Below are positions 1 through 9,551 of a stretch of 42,081 nucleotides of DNA, in pieces. The notes below the pieces were generated by a model. It worked only from the letters and a program-made list of their open reading frames with translations. It searched no databases and was not told the DNA's origin. Origin of the DNA: a virus (taxonomy: Duplodnaviria; Caudoviricetes); IMG/VR virus record IMGVR_UViG_3300010366_000020, positions 1 through 42,081 of that record. One strand, written 5' to 3'. Positions within the stretch are counted from its first letter, which is position 1. Each line of letters begins with the position of its first letter. The position numbers and the translations under genes were made by a program.

Positions 1-2264
1 ACGCCGTTGGGTAGCCCGTCGGCGGTGAACCCAGTCAGCAGCGAAATGGCACCGCCCAACTCCAGCAGCGACGTCTGGAACGGCGCGACCATCCCCGCCG
101 TGGGGCCTGTGCTTGTACCCACCGATGCTCCATCGACGTAGAAGTCGACCGTGATGTCCGCTCCGGAGATCGTTGTTACGCCAACGTAGAGATGCGGGTC
201 GCCGTCACCCCAACGATCTGCGACGAGGACTCCCGCCCCTCCGGTGCCGGAAGACGACGCGTACTGGAGTCGGGCAGGCCCGGTGAACGACTGAAGGGCG
301 ATGAGCCGGTTGTACTGCGAGTCGGCAACCGCAAGCGACTGCCCGGAGAATGTGACCGCGCTATGCGCGATCCATACAGCGCAGGTGTACGCCAGCTCGG
401 TACCCGCGCCGCCCACAACAACGGGCGACCCGTTGGTCACCCCTGTCTGGATGACGCTGCACGCGGAAGTGCCGGATCCGCTCACAGCCAACCCCGTACC
501 GGACGGGTCGCCGGGGATGTCGGTCGCCGTCCCAGCCGCGAATGTCGACGCGGCGCCGTACTTGCTGTTCATCCGGGACAGCGACGGCCCGCTGTTGCCG
601 GACTGCTCCCCGAACGTGCTCGCGCCTGCGGCCTCGTTGAGTGACCAGTAGTAGTCGGGCTCCTTCTCCATGATCGCGCTGTGGTATTCGCTGCTCAACG
701 AGATCCGGTTGAGTGGGCCGAAGCTATCAACGCAGGTCGCCTCACACCTGCCGAGGTACCCAGCGCTGTCTTCCTCCCACGAGGCCGGCCAGCGCTCCAC
801 GTAGCCGCGGAACACGCCGTAGATGACCGGCCCCGACGCGGTGAAGGCGGAGGCCGAGGCCGCCTGCTCGTGCTGGATCGCGTCCACGTTGACCGTCCCG
901 GCAACCGCAGCACCGACCGTCGCCACCTGCAAGATGTGCGTCGGCTGGGCTGCGGTCCAGGTCACCGACAACCGCACGTACGAGCCCGTCGTGGTCGTCG
1001 ACGTGCCAGCCAAGGCTGCTACCGAGGTGAGGTTGTCGAACGAGATGGTCACCGGCAGCGTGTTGGTGTTGCCTGTGACCAGCGTCGAGTGGCAGCCCAC
1101 CGACCCGGCCGCGATCAACGCCGAGTCGGTGGTGTCGACGTCCCAGGTGGTCGGTTCGGTGGCGCCCGCGGGCCATGCCCGCGCCTGCAACGTTGCCCCG
1201 ACGACGGTGAATCGCAGGTTGTACTGTGCCCCGGCGACGTGCGTCAGCGACGTGGTTGCGGACGCGACTGTGGCCTCTGCCGCTGCGACGCGTTTGACGA
1301 TCCGAACGTCGATCGTCTGGTCTGTGTTGAATCCGAGGACCGCGCGGTAGTAGTTGGAGGCGTCGGCGTACCGGGCCATCACACCGGCGCGGATCGCGGC
1401 GCCCGCAGCCACCACAGAAGTGGAAACCGTGATGGTCTGGTCCGCGTCGGCTACCGCCGAGGAGATGACGGTCTTACGGGACACGTTCACGCTAGTCAGC
1501 TCGTGCATGCCGACCCCGGCGGCGACCGAGTAGTCCGACGCCGATCCACCCGACGTCGACCAGGGGCCCCCGATGTCGGCTGTTCCCCAGCCGCTCGACA
1601 CGGTACGCCGGTACGCGTCCATCACCGCGGTCTGGCCGCCGACCGTGATCTGTTGTGTTGATGCGGTGGACTGGCGCACGTACAGGCTGCCGGTGTACTG
1701 CCTGCCCGGGATACACGGCACCACCAGCGACACGCCCTGCGTCGTCGACGACGCAGCGATCGTGTAGGTGAGGTCTTTCGTGCCCTGCTGCGGGTTCGTG
1801 GTCGTCACCGTCGGTGTGGTCGACCCGACGGCGGTGATCCACGGCACGGTTGCCCCGTTGGCGTATGACTCGAACGACGGGTCATAGCCCGCACTGCTGG
1901 TGCCGAGGCGGGAATCGGCGCCCTGGCCCGGGTTGAGCAGGTTCCCCGTCGCAGGGTTCCCGGCGGCGGTGTTCCACATGGCCTGCCAGATGATCTGCCG
2001 GTACGGGACAACGTTCGGGTAGTACGGCGACGACGTGTTGGCCGGGTTCAGGTACTCGTACTGGTCCAAGAACCGCAACGTGGGCTGACTCGCCTGGTTC
2101 TGGTCCAGTTCGTACTGCCGACCCCGGGTCACCGCATCAGCGCCCAGAAACGCCCCGCCGACGCCGGAGGAAAGGTCCGTCCACACCGGTACCGCCGCCG
2201 GGTCGTTCGGGTTGGCGTTGAACGCCACTTGCACAACCATGTCCGGGCGCCAATTCGCCGACAC
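1..2264 (-). CDS. Minor tail protein with lectin/LamG-like regions (runs off left edge)
   Basis: Absent from the ORF track because it is incomplete. Reads from GTG 2264 (VSANWRPDMVVQVAFNANPNDP...RGRQYELDQ...YLNPANTSSPYYPNV). Spot checks and consistent shadow ORFs indicate one open frame to the edge. A YSAIMEKEPDYYWSLNEAAG motif resembles the start of LamG-like tail domains. Directly follows the tape measure gene. Confidence 0.75.
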   Translation of the reverse strand, partial: MSANWRPDMVVQVAFNANPNDPAAVPVWTDLSSGVGGAFLGADAVTRGRQYELDQNQASQPTLRFLDQYEYLNPANTSSPYYPNVVPYRQIIWQAMWNTAAGNPATGNLLNPGQGADSRLGTSSAGYDPSFESYANGATVPWITAVGSTTPTVTTTNPQQGTKDLTYTIAASSTTQGVSLVVPCIPGRQYTGSLYVRQSTASTQQITVGGQTAVMDAYRRTVSSGWGTADIGGPWSTSGGSASDYSVAAGVGMHELTSVNVSRKTVISSAVADADQTITVSTSVVAAGAAIRAGVMARYADASNYYRAVLGFNTDQTIDVRIVKRVAAAEATVASATTSLTHVAGAQYNLRFTVVGATLQARAWPAGATEPTTWDVDTTDSALIAAGSVGCHSTLVTGNTNTLPVTISFDNLTSVAALAGTSTTTTGSYVRLSVTWTAAQPTHILQVATVGAAVAGTVNVDAIQHEQAASASAFTASGPVIYGVFRGYVERWPASWEEDSAGYLGRCEATCVDSFGPLNRISLSSEYHSAIMEKEPDYYWSLNEAAGASTFGEQSGNSGPSLSRMNSKYGAASTFAAGTATDIPGDPSGTGLAVSGSGTSACSVIQTGVTNGSPVVVGGAGTELAYTCAVWIAHSAVTFSGQSLAVADSQYNRLIALQSFTGPARLQYASSSGTGGAGVLVADRWGDGDPHLYVGVTTISGADITVDFYVDGASVGTSTGPTAGMVAPFQTSLLELGGAISLLTGFTADGLPNG

Positions 2265-2335
2265 GCAAACCACCGCCTGTCCATACGCATTGATCCGGAC
2301 AGCCGCCACCGCCAGTTGCGGACAGGGTCCACTCT

Positions 2336-2530
2336 GTGGTGGTGAACCCTCAACGCCCCATCTATGTCCAGCAGACTGGCCGCGCCGTCACCCGGAACAG
2401 GCGCTCCGGGTCGTGGCACTTCGGGCAGATCCTGCTGACCTTGTGCAGCGGCGGCCTGTGGGCACCGGTGTACTGGTGGAAGTGGATGAAGGGCCGCTCC
2501 CGCATGACGGTCACCACTTACCGGCGCTAG
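2336..2530 (+). CDS. Small membrane protein (moron-like), antisense to the tail operon
   Basis: 64 aa with hydrophobic HFGQILLTLCSGGLWAPVYWW segment; fills the gap between tape measure and minor tail genes; its stop overlaps the tape measure stop. Confidence 0.55.
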   Translation: MVVNPQRPIYVQQTGRAVTRNRRSGSWHFGQILLTLCSGGLWAPVYWWKWMKGRSRMTVTTYRR

Positions 2531-5349
2531 TCCAGGCCGGTGGTGCCGGTGCGGGACTTGTACTGCTGGGCGTGTGGGATCAACTGCCGGTGAATCACCT
2601 TGCCGTCCAGCAGCGTCGACACGTGAAGGTTGACCACCGCCTGGGCTGGTGCCGACGAGGCGACCGGCACCAGCGACGCCGGGGTACCGGCGAGCGACAG
2701 CGACGGCACTGTCAGCCCAGTGCCGCCGCCGAAGGTGAGCATCCGCGCCACCGCTGCGGTAGCTGATGACGCGTTGTCGGTGATGCCTTTCACGAACCCG
2801 GCCACTACATTGAACCCGGCCACGCCGAACAGTTTCGACGGCGAACTGTTACCCACCGCCGAGTTGAACCCGGACAGAATGTCGTGCCCAAGACCCTTGA
2901 TCGCGTTCACGGCTGAGGTCCACTTGGACTTCAGTCCGTCGATCAGCCCCTGCACCACGTTACGGCCAGCGTCATACAGCCACGTCGCGGCACCCGACAC
3001 CGCGTCCTTCACCTTGCCCGGCAGCGGCTTGATCGCATCCCACGCCTTCCCCGGCAAGCTGGACAGGAACTCCGTCACCTTCGAGATCAGCGACGACGTC
3101 GTCGACACCGCAGTGTCCTTTGTGGACGTGAACCAGGCGCCGACCTTGCCACGCAGCGTCTTGACGAACCCGACCACCTCAGCCACACCTTCGGAGAACT
3201 TCTTGCTGGCCCAGTCCCACATCCCGGTCACAATGGACGCGACCTGGCCAGGCATGGCCATGGTCTCCCGGATCACTAACCCGATGCCGTAGCCGACGGC
3301 GAAGAAGAACTTGTGGAACGCGTCCTTCGCGGCGCGTTCCAGGATGCCTGGCAGTGCCCGCAGTGCGGCCGACACCTTGCCCGGCAGTTGCTTGAACCAG
3401 GCGACCGCCTTGGAGACGAATCCTTCGATGTCGTGCCAGATACCTGCGAACCAGTGGCCGACCTCTTTCCAGGTCTTCGCCTTGAACAGTGCCGCAGCGA
3501 TCTCGTCGCCCAGCTTCACGACGGGCGGCACCACCTTGTCCGCCTCGTCCGCTACCCAGTCCAGGCCCTTCGCCAACGCCTCCACCAGGGGGATGAGCAG
3601 CTTGATGACGGGGACCAGGATCGCAGCCATGAGCCTGACCAGGGCGCTAATCAGCGGCGTCTGCACGAGCAGCGAATCTCCGAGCAGCCGGATCAGCGGG
3701 ATCAGTACGGGCAGCAGTGCAGCAGTCAGTTGGGTGAGGACCGGCAGCAGTTGCGTGAAGTACGGCATGACCGCCTGAAGGTTCTCGGTCAGAACCTGCC
3801 CGAGCGTCGTCGCCAACTGGGCCAGCACGGGGGCCAGGGCGATCAGGACCTGGCCGAGCGAGTCACCCAGGACCGACACGACCGGCATCAATGCCGACAG
3901 CACTTGGCCGAGCGCCGGGGCCAGGGCAGCGACGACCGGCACCAGCGCCGTGCCCAAGCTGCCAACAAGGTTCGCGACAACGGGCAGGAACTGGCCCGTC
4001 AACAGGCCGATGATCGGCTGCAACGCGGTCATCACAGTGGACAGCAGCGACCCGACAACGGGAAGAACTTGCCCTACAGCCCCGCCGAGGGCGTTGGCGA
4101 TCTGCCCCAGGATCGAGAACAGCCCGTTGAGCATCTGTACGCCGCCGGCCGACTTCAGGAACTGGGCGAGCACGCCGATCAGTTGCCCGAACATGCCGAG
4201 GGCCTGCCCACCGGCAGAACCCATGGCCTGGAACACTGACGACAGGATCGACCCGACGTTGGTCAGCAGCGGCCCGAGCAGCTTCAATGCGTCGAGGCCA
4301 CCTTGGATGAACTTCGCCAACTGGCCCGAGTTCTGCACGCGGGTGATGAACGCGTCGAACTTCGCGCCCAACTGCCCGAACCCGGAGGTGAGGCCGGGCA
4401 GGAACTGGGAGCCGACCTGGGTGATACGGCGGAACCCGTCGACCACGCCCGGCACCGCCCGGGTGACGTTGCGGACCGCGTCACCGACGTTGCGCAACGT
4501 CGACCCGACGCCGTTGAAGAAGTCGGGGGTGCGGGCCAGGCGGGTGATCTGGCCGGCCATCTCCCCGAGACCGGAGGACACGTGCCCCAGCTCGGCGGTC
4601 AGCATCGGTAGGTACTGGTCGCCCAGCGGCCGGATGTCGGCGGCGAAGTGGGCGAAGAAGTTGCGCTGCACCACCTGGCGCAGGCCGTCCAGTTGCGGTT
4701 TGAGTGACACGATCGCCCGCACGGCCTGCTGCGCCGCGGGCGCCAGCCCGGCCATCGCCTTGTTGAACGCGGCGGTGTGGCCTGCCAGCCCGGCGGAGAT
4801 GGCGTCACCCACACCGGACAGGGCCAGCTTCAGCGTGCCCAGCGCTGTGGCGGCACCGACCGCGGCGGCGGGGATCAGGCTGATCGCCCCAACGGCGGGG
4901 GCCAGCGCGGACACCAACTGCGCGGCGCCGCCGACTGCGGCTGGGATCGCCGTGGCCATGAAGCCCTTCCACAGCACCCCGAGACTCGTGCCGAGCGCCC
5001 CGAGCCCAGAACGCAGCCCCGACGCGAGTTTGCGCAGGAACGCGAGGAGGAACCCGTCCCCGGCGTGTTCTCCCGCAGCGACGAACCGGCCCCGCTCGTC
5101 GCGCAGCCGGCCCGCCGCATCGCGTGCGATCCGCTTCACGCCGGCCTCGGCCTCGTCCGCGAGACCTTCGGTGAAGGCCTTGCCGGCCTTCTTGCCTTCA
5201 GCCGCTATGCCGGCCTCAGTCGCCTTGAGCGTGTTGGGCACATCGGCGGCGAACTTCTTCAACGCCGCGTCGGCGATCGCCAGTTTCTCCAGGTACTCCG
5301 AAATGTCTGCGCCGAGCTTGAGTACCACTGGGGGCAGAAAGTCCGTCAC
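2527..5349 (-). CDS. Tape measure protein
   Basis: 940 aa, Ala/Gly/Leu-rich amphipathic repeats, RDAAGRLRDERGRF N-terminal motif, SPSKLF C-terminal motif, position in tail module. Confidence 0.93.
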   Translation of the reverse strand: MTDFLPPVVLKLGADISEYLEKLAIADAALKKFAADVPNTLKATEAGIAAEGKKAGKAFTEGLADEAEAGVKRIARDAAGRLRDERGRFVAAGEHAGDGFLLAFLRKLASGLRSGLGALGTSLGVLWKGFMATAIPAAVGGAAQLVSALAPAVGAISLIPAAAVGAATALGTLKLALSGVGDAISAGLAGHTAAFNKAMAGLAPAAQQAVRAIVSLKPQLDGLRQVVQRNFFAHFAADIRPLGDQYLPMLTAELGHVSSGLGEMAGQITRLARTPDFFNGVGSTLRNVGDAVRNVTRAVPGVVDGFRRITQVGSQFLPGLTSGFGQLGAKFDAFITRVQNSGQLAKFIQGGLDALKLLGPLLTNVGSILSSVFQAMGSAGGQALGMFGQLIGVLAQFLKSAGGVQMLNGLFSILGQIANALGGAVGQVLPVVGSLLSTVMTALQPIIGLLTGQFLPVVANLVGSLGTALVPVVAALAPALGQVLSALMPVVSVLGDSLGQVLIALAPVLAQLATTLGQVLTENLQAVMPYFTQLLPVLTQLTAALLPVLIPLIRLLGDSLLVQTPLISALVRLMAAILVPVIKLLIPLVEALAKGLDWVADEADKVVPPVVKLGDEIAAALFKAKTWKEVGHWFAGIWHDIEGFVSKAVAWFKQLPGKVSAALRALPGILERAAKDAFHKFFFAVGYGIGLVIRETMAMPGQVASIVTGMWDWASKKFSEGVAEVVGFVKTLRGKVGAWFTSTKDTAVSTTSSLISKVTEFLSSLPGKAWDAIKPLPGKVKDAVSGAATWLYDAGRNVVQGLIDGLKSKWTSAVNAIKGLGHDILSGFNSAVGNSSPSKLFGVAGFNVVAGFVKGITDNASSATAAVARMLTFGGGTGLTVPSLSLAGTPASLVPVASSAPAQAVVNLHVSTLLDGKVIHRQLIPHAQQYKSRTGTTGLD

Positions 5350-5377
5350 CTGCGCCCTCCAATCCGAGGTAGCGCTG

Positions 5378-5824
5378 TCACGGACGGGTGGACCGGTGCC
5401 AAGCGGCCTGGAATGTGGACCTCACCGTGGGGTGGACGATCCGCCACGCCGGATACAGGGACGGGCGCGGCGGCAGGTGGGTGCGGTGACCCCGGCCGGT
5501 GTCGCCGCCCAACTCCTGGATGCGGCCATAGACCGCGGTCGGCCCGGTCTGCCCTTCCCACCTGCCGAGGCGCAACCTCAACGCGCGGCGCACCGTCACC
5601 GAGTCCCGCAAGTGGCCGGAAATCCTCCATGGAGGTGAACCGGGCGGAGAACCCGTCTTGGTGCCCGGTGGGTGAGAGCCGAGGATGAGAAGGGTGCGCT
5701 GCTGCCGGGTGACGACCCGCAACACGTCGTTGATCGCCTTCGGTGTCGCCGCTTCTGTCCTCGCGATCATCAATGCGAACGCAGCAGAGACCTCAGCGAC
5801 GCCGGCAAGACGGGTGGCAGACAC
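5378..5824 (-). CDS. HK97 gp10-like tail completion protein
   Basis: SPPGSPPWRISGHLRDS...VYGRIQELGG...PRPSLYPA motifs typical of the gp10 family. Confidence 0.75.
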   Translation of the reverse strand: MSATRLAGVAEVSAAFALMIARTEAATPKAINDVLRVVTRQQRTLLILGSHPPGTKTGSPPGSPPWRISGHLRDSVTVRRALRLRLGRWEGQTGPTAVYGRIQELGGDTGRGHRTHLPPRPSLYPAWRIVHPTVRSTFQAAWHRSTRP

Positions 5825-5828
5825 AGGC

Positions 5829-6070
5829 TCACCTGCTCTCGGCGCGGCGTTTCTCCTCCGCCACTTCGGCCACGACGTCGCCGACCACCATCAGTCGCCG
5901 CAGCCGGATCGCCGACTGCCGGTCAACCGCATCCGGCGTCCACCCGAACCTGTCCGCGAACCAGTAGTAGTAGGCGGCCTCGTCGAGCAGCCGCTCCTCC
6001 ACCCCGCGCGGGGGGCGGATGCCACGGAACCCCGCCAGTTGGGCTTTCAGCCGCCGGCGGGCAACGTAGG
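5829..6070 (-). CDS. Tail assembly chaperone C-terminal extension (gpGT-like, -1 frame)
   Basis: The -1 frame after TCC CCT ACG reads PYVARRRLKAQLAG...YYYWFADRFGWTPDAVDR...AESR*; the GWTP motif is typical of the frameshifted chaperone extension. Confidence 0.7.
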
Positions 6071-6424
6071 GGATCCAGGCTTGTTCGCGTCATCCGGCGA
6101 CTCGTTCGGGAACAGCATCTCCACCGCCGGCGTGACTGCGGTGATGACGGCGTTGTAGTCCCGGATCTTCAGCTTCCCCAGCGCGCCGAAGTCGTCCCTG
6201 GGCGGCGGCGCGTCAGGGAGGTACGGGATGGCCCACGCCTCGATCAGCATGCACGCCGTGCCGTAGACAGCGTCCATAGCCATGGACACCTCACTGCCGC
6301 TGATGTTGCGGATCGCGCCGACGACGCGGCGGTGGTCGTCGCCGGTGAGGTCTTCCGGGTCGCGGAAGTCCACGCTCCCGCCGGAGGGCAGGTCAAGATG
6401 CAGGGGGATGATGGGGTCGGTCAC
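6047..6424 (-). CDS. Tail assembly chaperone (gpG-like)
   Basis: Directly downstream of the tail tube gene; GAAAGG RBS before GTG 6424; ends ...PGSPTLPAGG overlapping an open -1 frame. Confidence 0.75.
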   Translation of the reverse strand: MTDPIIPLHLDLPSGGSVDFRDPEDLTGDDHRRVVGAIRNISGSEVSMAMDAVYGTACMLIEAWAIPYLPDAPPPRDDFGALGKLKIRDYNAVITAVTPAVEMLFPNESPDDANKPGSPTLPAGG

Positions 6425-6463
6425 GGCTGGCCTTTCCATTGTGCGAGGGGATTTGCTGGCTGA

Positions 6464-7693
6464 TCAGTAGGAGTTGGGGGCGACGGCGTTCTGCAGCGTC
6501 AGCGAGATCGGCGAGAAGCCGCCGGACTGGCCGGCGTTGACGGTGTTCGCGACCGCGTCGTACCCGGCGCCGTACTCGACGGCGGCCTTACCGCGGCCGA
6601 TTTTCGAATCGGTGAACGCGGCCTGCTGCACGTCGACCTGCAAGGCCAGCAGGTTCGCGCCGCTCAACACATTCGAAACGATGATCTGTAGCTGTGGCTG
6701 GGTGTTCGAGATCAGGTAGGTCAGGAACGTCTCGTCGTTGACGACCGCGTTGAGCTTCCCGGAGGCGGTGAGATTGCCCCGCTGGATGAAGTACGGGTTC
6801 TGGCTGTTCTGCGCCGTGTAGATCAACTCAAGTTCGCGTTTGATGGTGACCTCAAACTCGTTGACCGTCAGGATCGGCGCACCAGACACCGTGCCGTTCA
6901 AACCGACCTGGGACCGCCACGCCGCCTGCGGCAGCGCCGTCGACGGGGACGTCGAAAACGCCGCAGCCGACGCCGACGGCCACCCCATGCCCTTCGCGTC
7001 GAACTCGAGCACCGACGACTCGGGGGTGCCCTTCAGTGTCAGCTCCGACAGGCAGCATCCCGGGTAGACCCGGGTACCCGTCGACGCGGTCGGCCCCTGA
7101 TAGTCGGTGATCGACAGGCTGGACGGCTGCGCCGCGCCCGAGTTGAGCAGGGAGAACCCCGTCGAGTACGGGGTAGTGATCGGCTTGACCGTCACCCCGG
7201 AGTTGTGGGCGATCGACAGCGCCATGTTCAGGGTCAGCGTGTACGGGCCCGACCCCGACACGCTGTTGACGGTACGCACCTCGGAGCTGACACCGGTGTC
7301 GATCTGAATCACGGTGGTCGCCGCGATCGACGCCGCAGTGGAGATCGTCGTCGCACCGGCCGACGCCGACGAGGACATCGTCGTCGTACCCGAGCCGGTG
7401 TAGGTGCCCGAGTACACGACGTCGCCGAAGATGTTGGCGAGCAGGTAGCCGAGCGTGTCGAAAAACGCCGGTCCGCCGATGTCGAACTCGGCATGCTTGA
7501 CGCCCTGGATCTTATTGTAGACCTCGGTCATCGACCCGCGCATGGCGTTGTCGTCGATCCACGCCGGCTTGTCTTCCGGGTCGAACTTGTCGACCGGCAT
7601 CATCACGGTCGGGGCGACCGCAGTTCCCTGCGTGGTCTCCACCGCGAGGCCGATCTTCTGCCTCGCGGAGGCGTAGGTGGTCGGATTCGGCAC
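6464..7693 (-). CDS. Major tail (tube) protein
   Basis: 409 aa; IGLAVETTQGTAVAPT start, GCCLSELTL and ASGKL motifs of tail tube proteins; synteny. Confidence 0.85.
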   Translation of the reverse strand: MPNPTTYASARQKIGLAVETTQGTAVAPTVMMPVDKFDPEDKPAWIDDNAMRGSMTEVYNKIQGVKHAEFDIGGPAFFDTLGYLLANIFGDVVYSGTYTGSGTTTMSSSASAGATTISTAASIAATTVIQIDTGVSSEVRTVNSVSGSGPYTLTLNMALSIAHNSGVTVKPITTPYSTGFSLLNSGAAQPSSLSITDYQGPTASTGTRVYPGCCLSELTLKGTPESSVLEFDAKGMGWPSASAAAFSTSPSTALPQAAWRSQVGLNGTVSGAPILTVNEFEVTIKRELELIYTAQNSQNPYFIQRGNLTASGKLNAVVNDETFLTYLISNTQPQLQIIVSNVLSGANLLALQVDVQQAAFTDSKIGRGKAAVEYGAGYDAVANTVNAGQSGGFSPISLTLQNAVAPNSY

Positions 7694-7697
7694 GGGG

Positions 7698-8012
7698 TCA
7701 GCCCTCCTTCACGGGCTCGGCCGGCTCGGGCCGGTGGTTGTCGGGCATGCGGGACTCGGGCAGGTCCGTTTCCGTCCAGCAGCCGTCAGCGGCCGGTGGG
7801 GAGTGCCAGGCGATGACGTCGCCCGGGTCGGGGGTGACGGGGATGTCGGCGTAGATCCGCCCGGGCGGGCCGGTATAGACCCAGCGGCCCCACGCCAGCG
7901 CGGGCGCCTCGTCCGCCGCTGCCGGCGATTCCTGCGCCAGCGGTACGGCCTTATCTGGTGCCGCGTCGGCGGCTGACGGCGTGGCGGCATCGGCCGCGGA
8001 TGCCTTGGGCAT
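7698..8012 (-). CDS. Hypothetical virion-module protein
   Basis: GAGGAG RBS before ATG 8012; Pro/Ala-rich; precedes the tail tube gene. Confidence 0.6.
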   Translation of the reverse strand: MPKASAADAATPSAADAAPDKAVPLAQESPAAADEAPALAWGRWVYTGPPGRIYADIPVTPDPGDVIAWHSPPAADGCWTETDLPESRMPDNHRPEPAEPVKEG

Positions 8013-8089
8013 GCGGAAACTCCTCGAGGCGAGGCGGGCGGAGACAGAAACAGCCGCCACAGCAGGCGGCCGGGAAGACGCGGAAGGCG

Positions 8090-8599
8090 TCAGGCTTGGA
8101 TGACCTCAATGACCTCAACCGTGATCTGCGCGTCGAAGCGCAGCAGACGCTGGTCGGCGACAGCCCGCACAGGGCCGTACTCCCACGACATGTTCTCCCC
8201 GACGTTGAGCAGATGCGACAGTTGCCCGGTTACGGGGTCGGTGGCGTGCTGGGTCGCGTCGAGCATCTCGACGTTGCGCAGCACCGCCAACACCGCGTCG
8301 AGGATGGCGGGGAAGTTCGAGTCGACGTTGAGGTCTTCGGACGACTCGAACCAGGTCAGCCAGCAGTCAACCCGGTGGGTGATCGCCTTGTCTCCGCCGG
8401 TCGCGAGGTTCCCGTGCACAGCCCGCGGCACTGTCATCCGCGCTTCGTCGGCGTGCGAGCCCCAGATGTAGATGGCCGGCTCAGGGTCGTCACGCGGATT
8501 GGGTGGGGTGATGAACGCGTCGAGGGCGCCCAGCCCCTGGGGCAGCACCATCTGGTCCAGCACCGACTTCAGGTAGACCTGGACTGTGTTCAGCGGCAT
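8090..8599 (-). CDS. Putative tail terminator / head-tail joining protein
   Basis: About 170 aa, TGATG-coupled to the upstream gene; size and synteny fit. Confidence 0.6.
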   Translation of the reverse strand: MPLNTVQVYLKSVLDQMVLPQGLGALDAFITPPNPRDDPEPAIYIWGSHADEARMTVPRAVHGNLATGGDKAITHRVDCWLTWFESSEDLNVDSNFPAILDAVLAVLRNVEMLDATQHATDPVTGQLSHLLNVGENMSWEYGPVRAVADQRLLRFDAQITVEVIEVIQA

Positions 8600-9540
8600 C
8601 AAATCACCCGCCGGAACGACTGAAGCATTCCCTGCGCCAGCTTGTTGTAGTCGTCGGTGTTCGACGGGGCGCCACCCGCGCTGGAGCTGCTGATCGACTG
8701 CACCGCCGTGGCCGTCGCCCCGCGGGTCAGGGCCTGCGCGACGGCGAAGTAGACGGTCCCCCAGATCACGTTGGGGGGCAGTGCTGACACAACAACCCCG
8801 GCCTGATGCGGGTTCGCCAGCGGCGCGGCGAGCGTCAACGTCCCCGGGCCGGTCTGCGCGACGCCAACGCCGTTAGGCAGCGACAGGGGCGACGTGGCCG
8901 ACACTGACGTGACCGCAACAGGTTCGGTTTCCGCCCCGTCATAGACGAACGCCGACGCCCCGGTGAACCCGGTCACGTCGTCGACCTGAAGCGTGGTCGC
9001 AGCTGCCGCCGCAGCGGCCGTCAGGCTCGCGTGTGGCCAGCCATTGACGTATGACACCAAGATCCGGTAGCCGTTACGGCCGAGCCTCCAGGTGATGTAG
9101 CCGGGGGCAACCAGGATCGACTGGGCGCCTTCCGGCATCGTCGCCGATGCGCTGTCCGTGTACATGTTGATCAGCGGGTGGCCGACCTCAAACTTGCCCG
9201 ACGGCACCGCCGACCAGACACGAGGGAAGGTGGCGTTGGGTGAGGTCTGGACGGCGAGCGCCTGCGTCACCGGCCACCGCCGCATGATCAGTTCCCCGTT
9301 GCAGGAACCCTGCTGAACCCCGACCCGAGGCCCACCCGGCCCGGTGAGTTGCTCGTTGTCGACGGTCGCACGCAACACCTGGTCGCAGAAGGTGTCGACC
9401 ATGCCAGTCGCACGCCAGCAGATGTTGGTCTGCTCCGCGAGCTGCTCCTGCGTCGTCGCCTTCAGCGCGGGAATCGTCGACCACGCCACCCCGGTCGGGG
9501 TGTTCGTCAACATGCGGGGCGTCACGTACGGCGTGGCCAC
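8599..9540 (-). CDS. Putative head-to-tail adaptor with inserted beta domain
   Basis: Start GTG 9540 (VATPYVTP); RATGMVDTFCDQVLRAT, VSYVNGWP and LQSFRRVI motifs resemble adaptors; synteny. Confidence 0.65.
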   Translation of the reverse strand: MATPYVTPRMLTNTPTGVAWSTIPALKATTQEQLAEQTNICWRATGMVDTFCDQVLRATVDNEQLTGPGGPRVGVQQGSCNGELIMRRWPVTQALAVQTSPNATFPRVWSAVPSGKFEVGHPLINMYTDSASATMPEGAQSILVAPGYITWRLGRNGYRILVSYVNGWPHASLTAAAAAAATTLQVDDVTGFTGASAFVYDGAETEPVAVTSVSATSPLSLPNGVGVAQTGPGTLTLAAPLANPHQAGVVVSALPPNVIWGTVYFAVAQALTRGATATAVQSISSSSAGGAPSNTDDYNKLAQGMLQSFRRVI

Positions 9541-9551
9541 GAGCCCACCCC

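Noticed and set aside
2630-5688. Long plus-strand ORFs (e.g. 3950-5638, 12510-14042, 13705-15066, 26728-28170)
   Set aside because: Antisense shadows of GC-rich minus-strand genes; no recognisable motifs.
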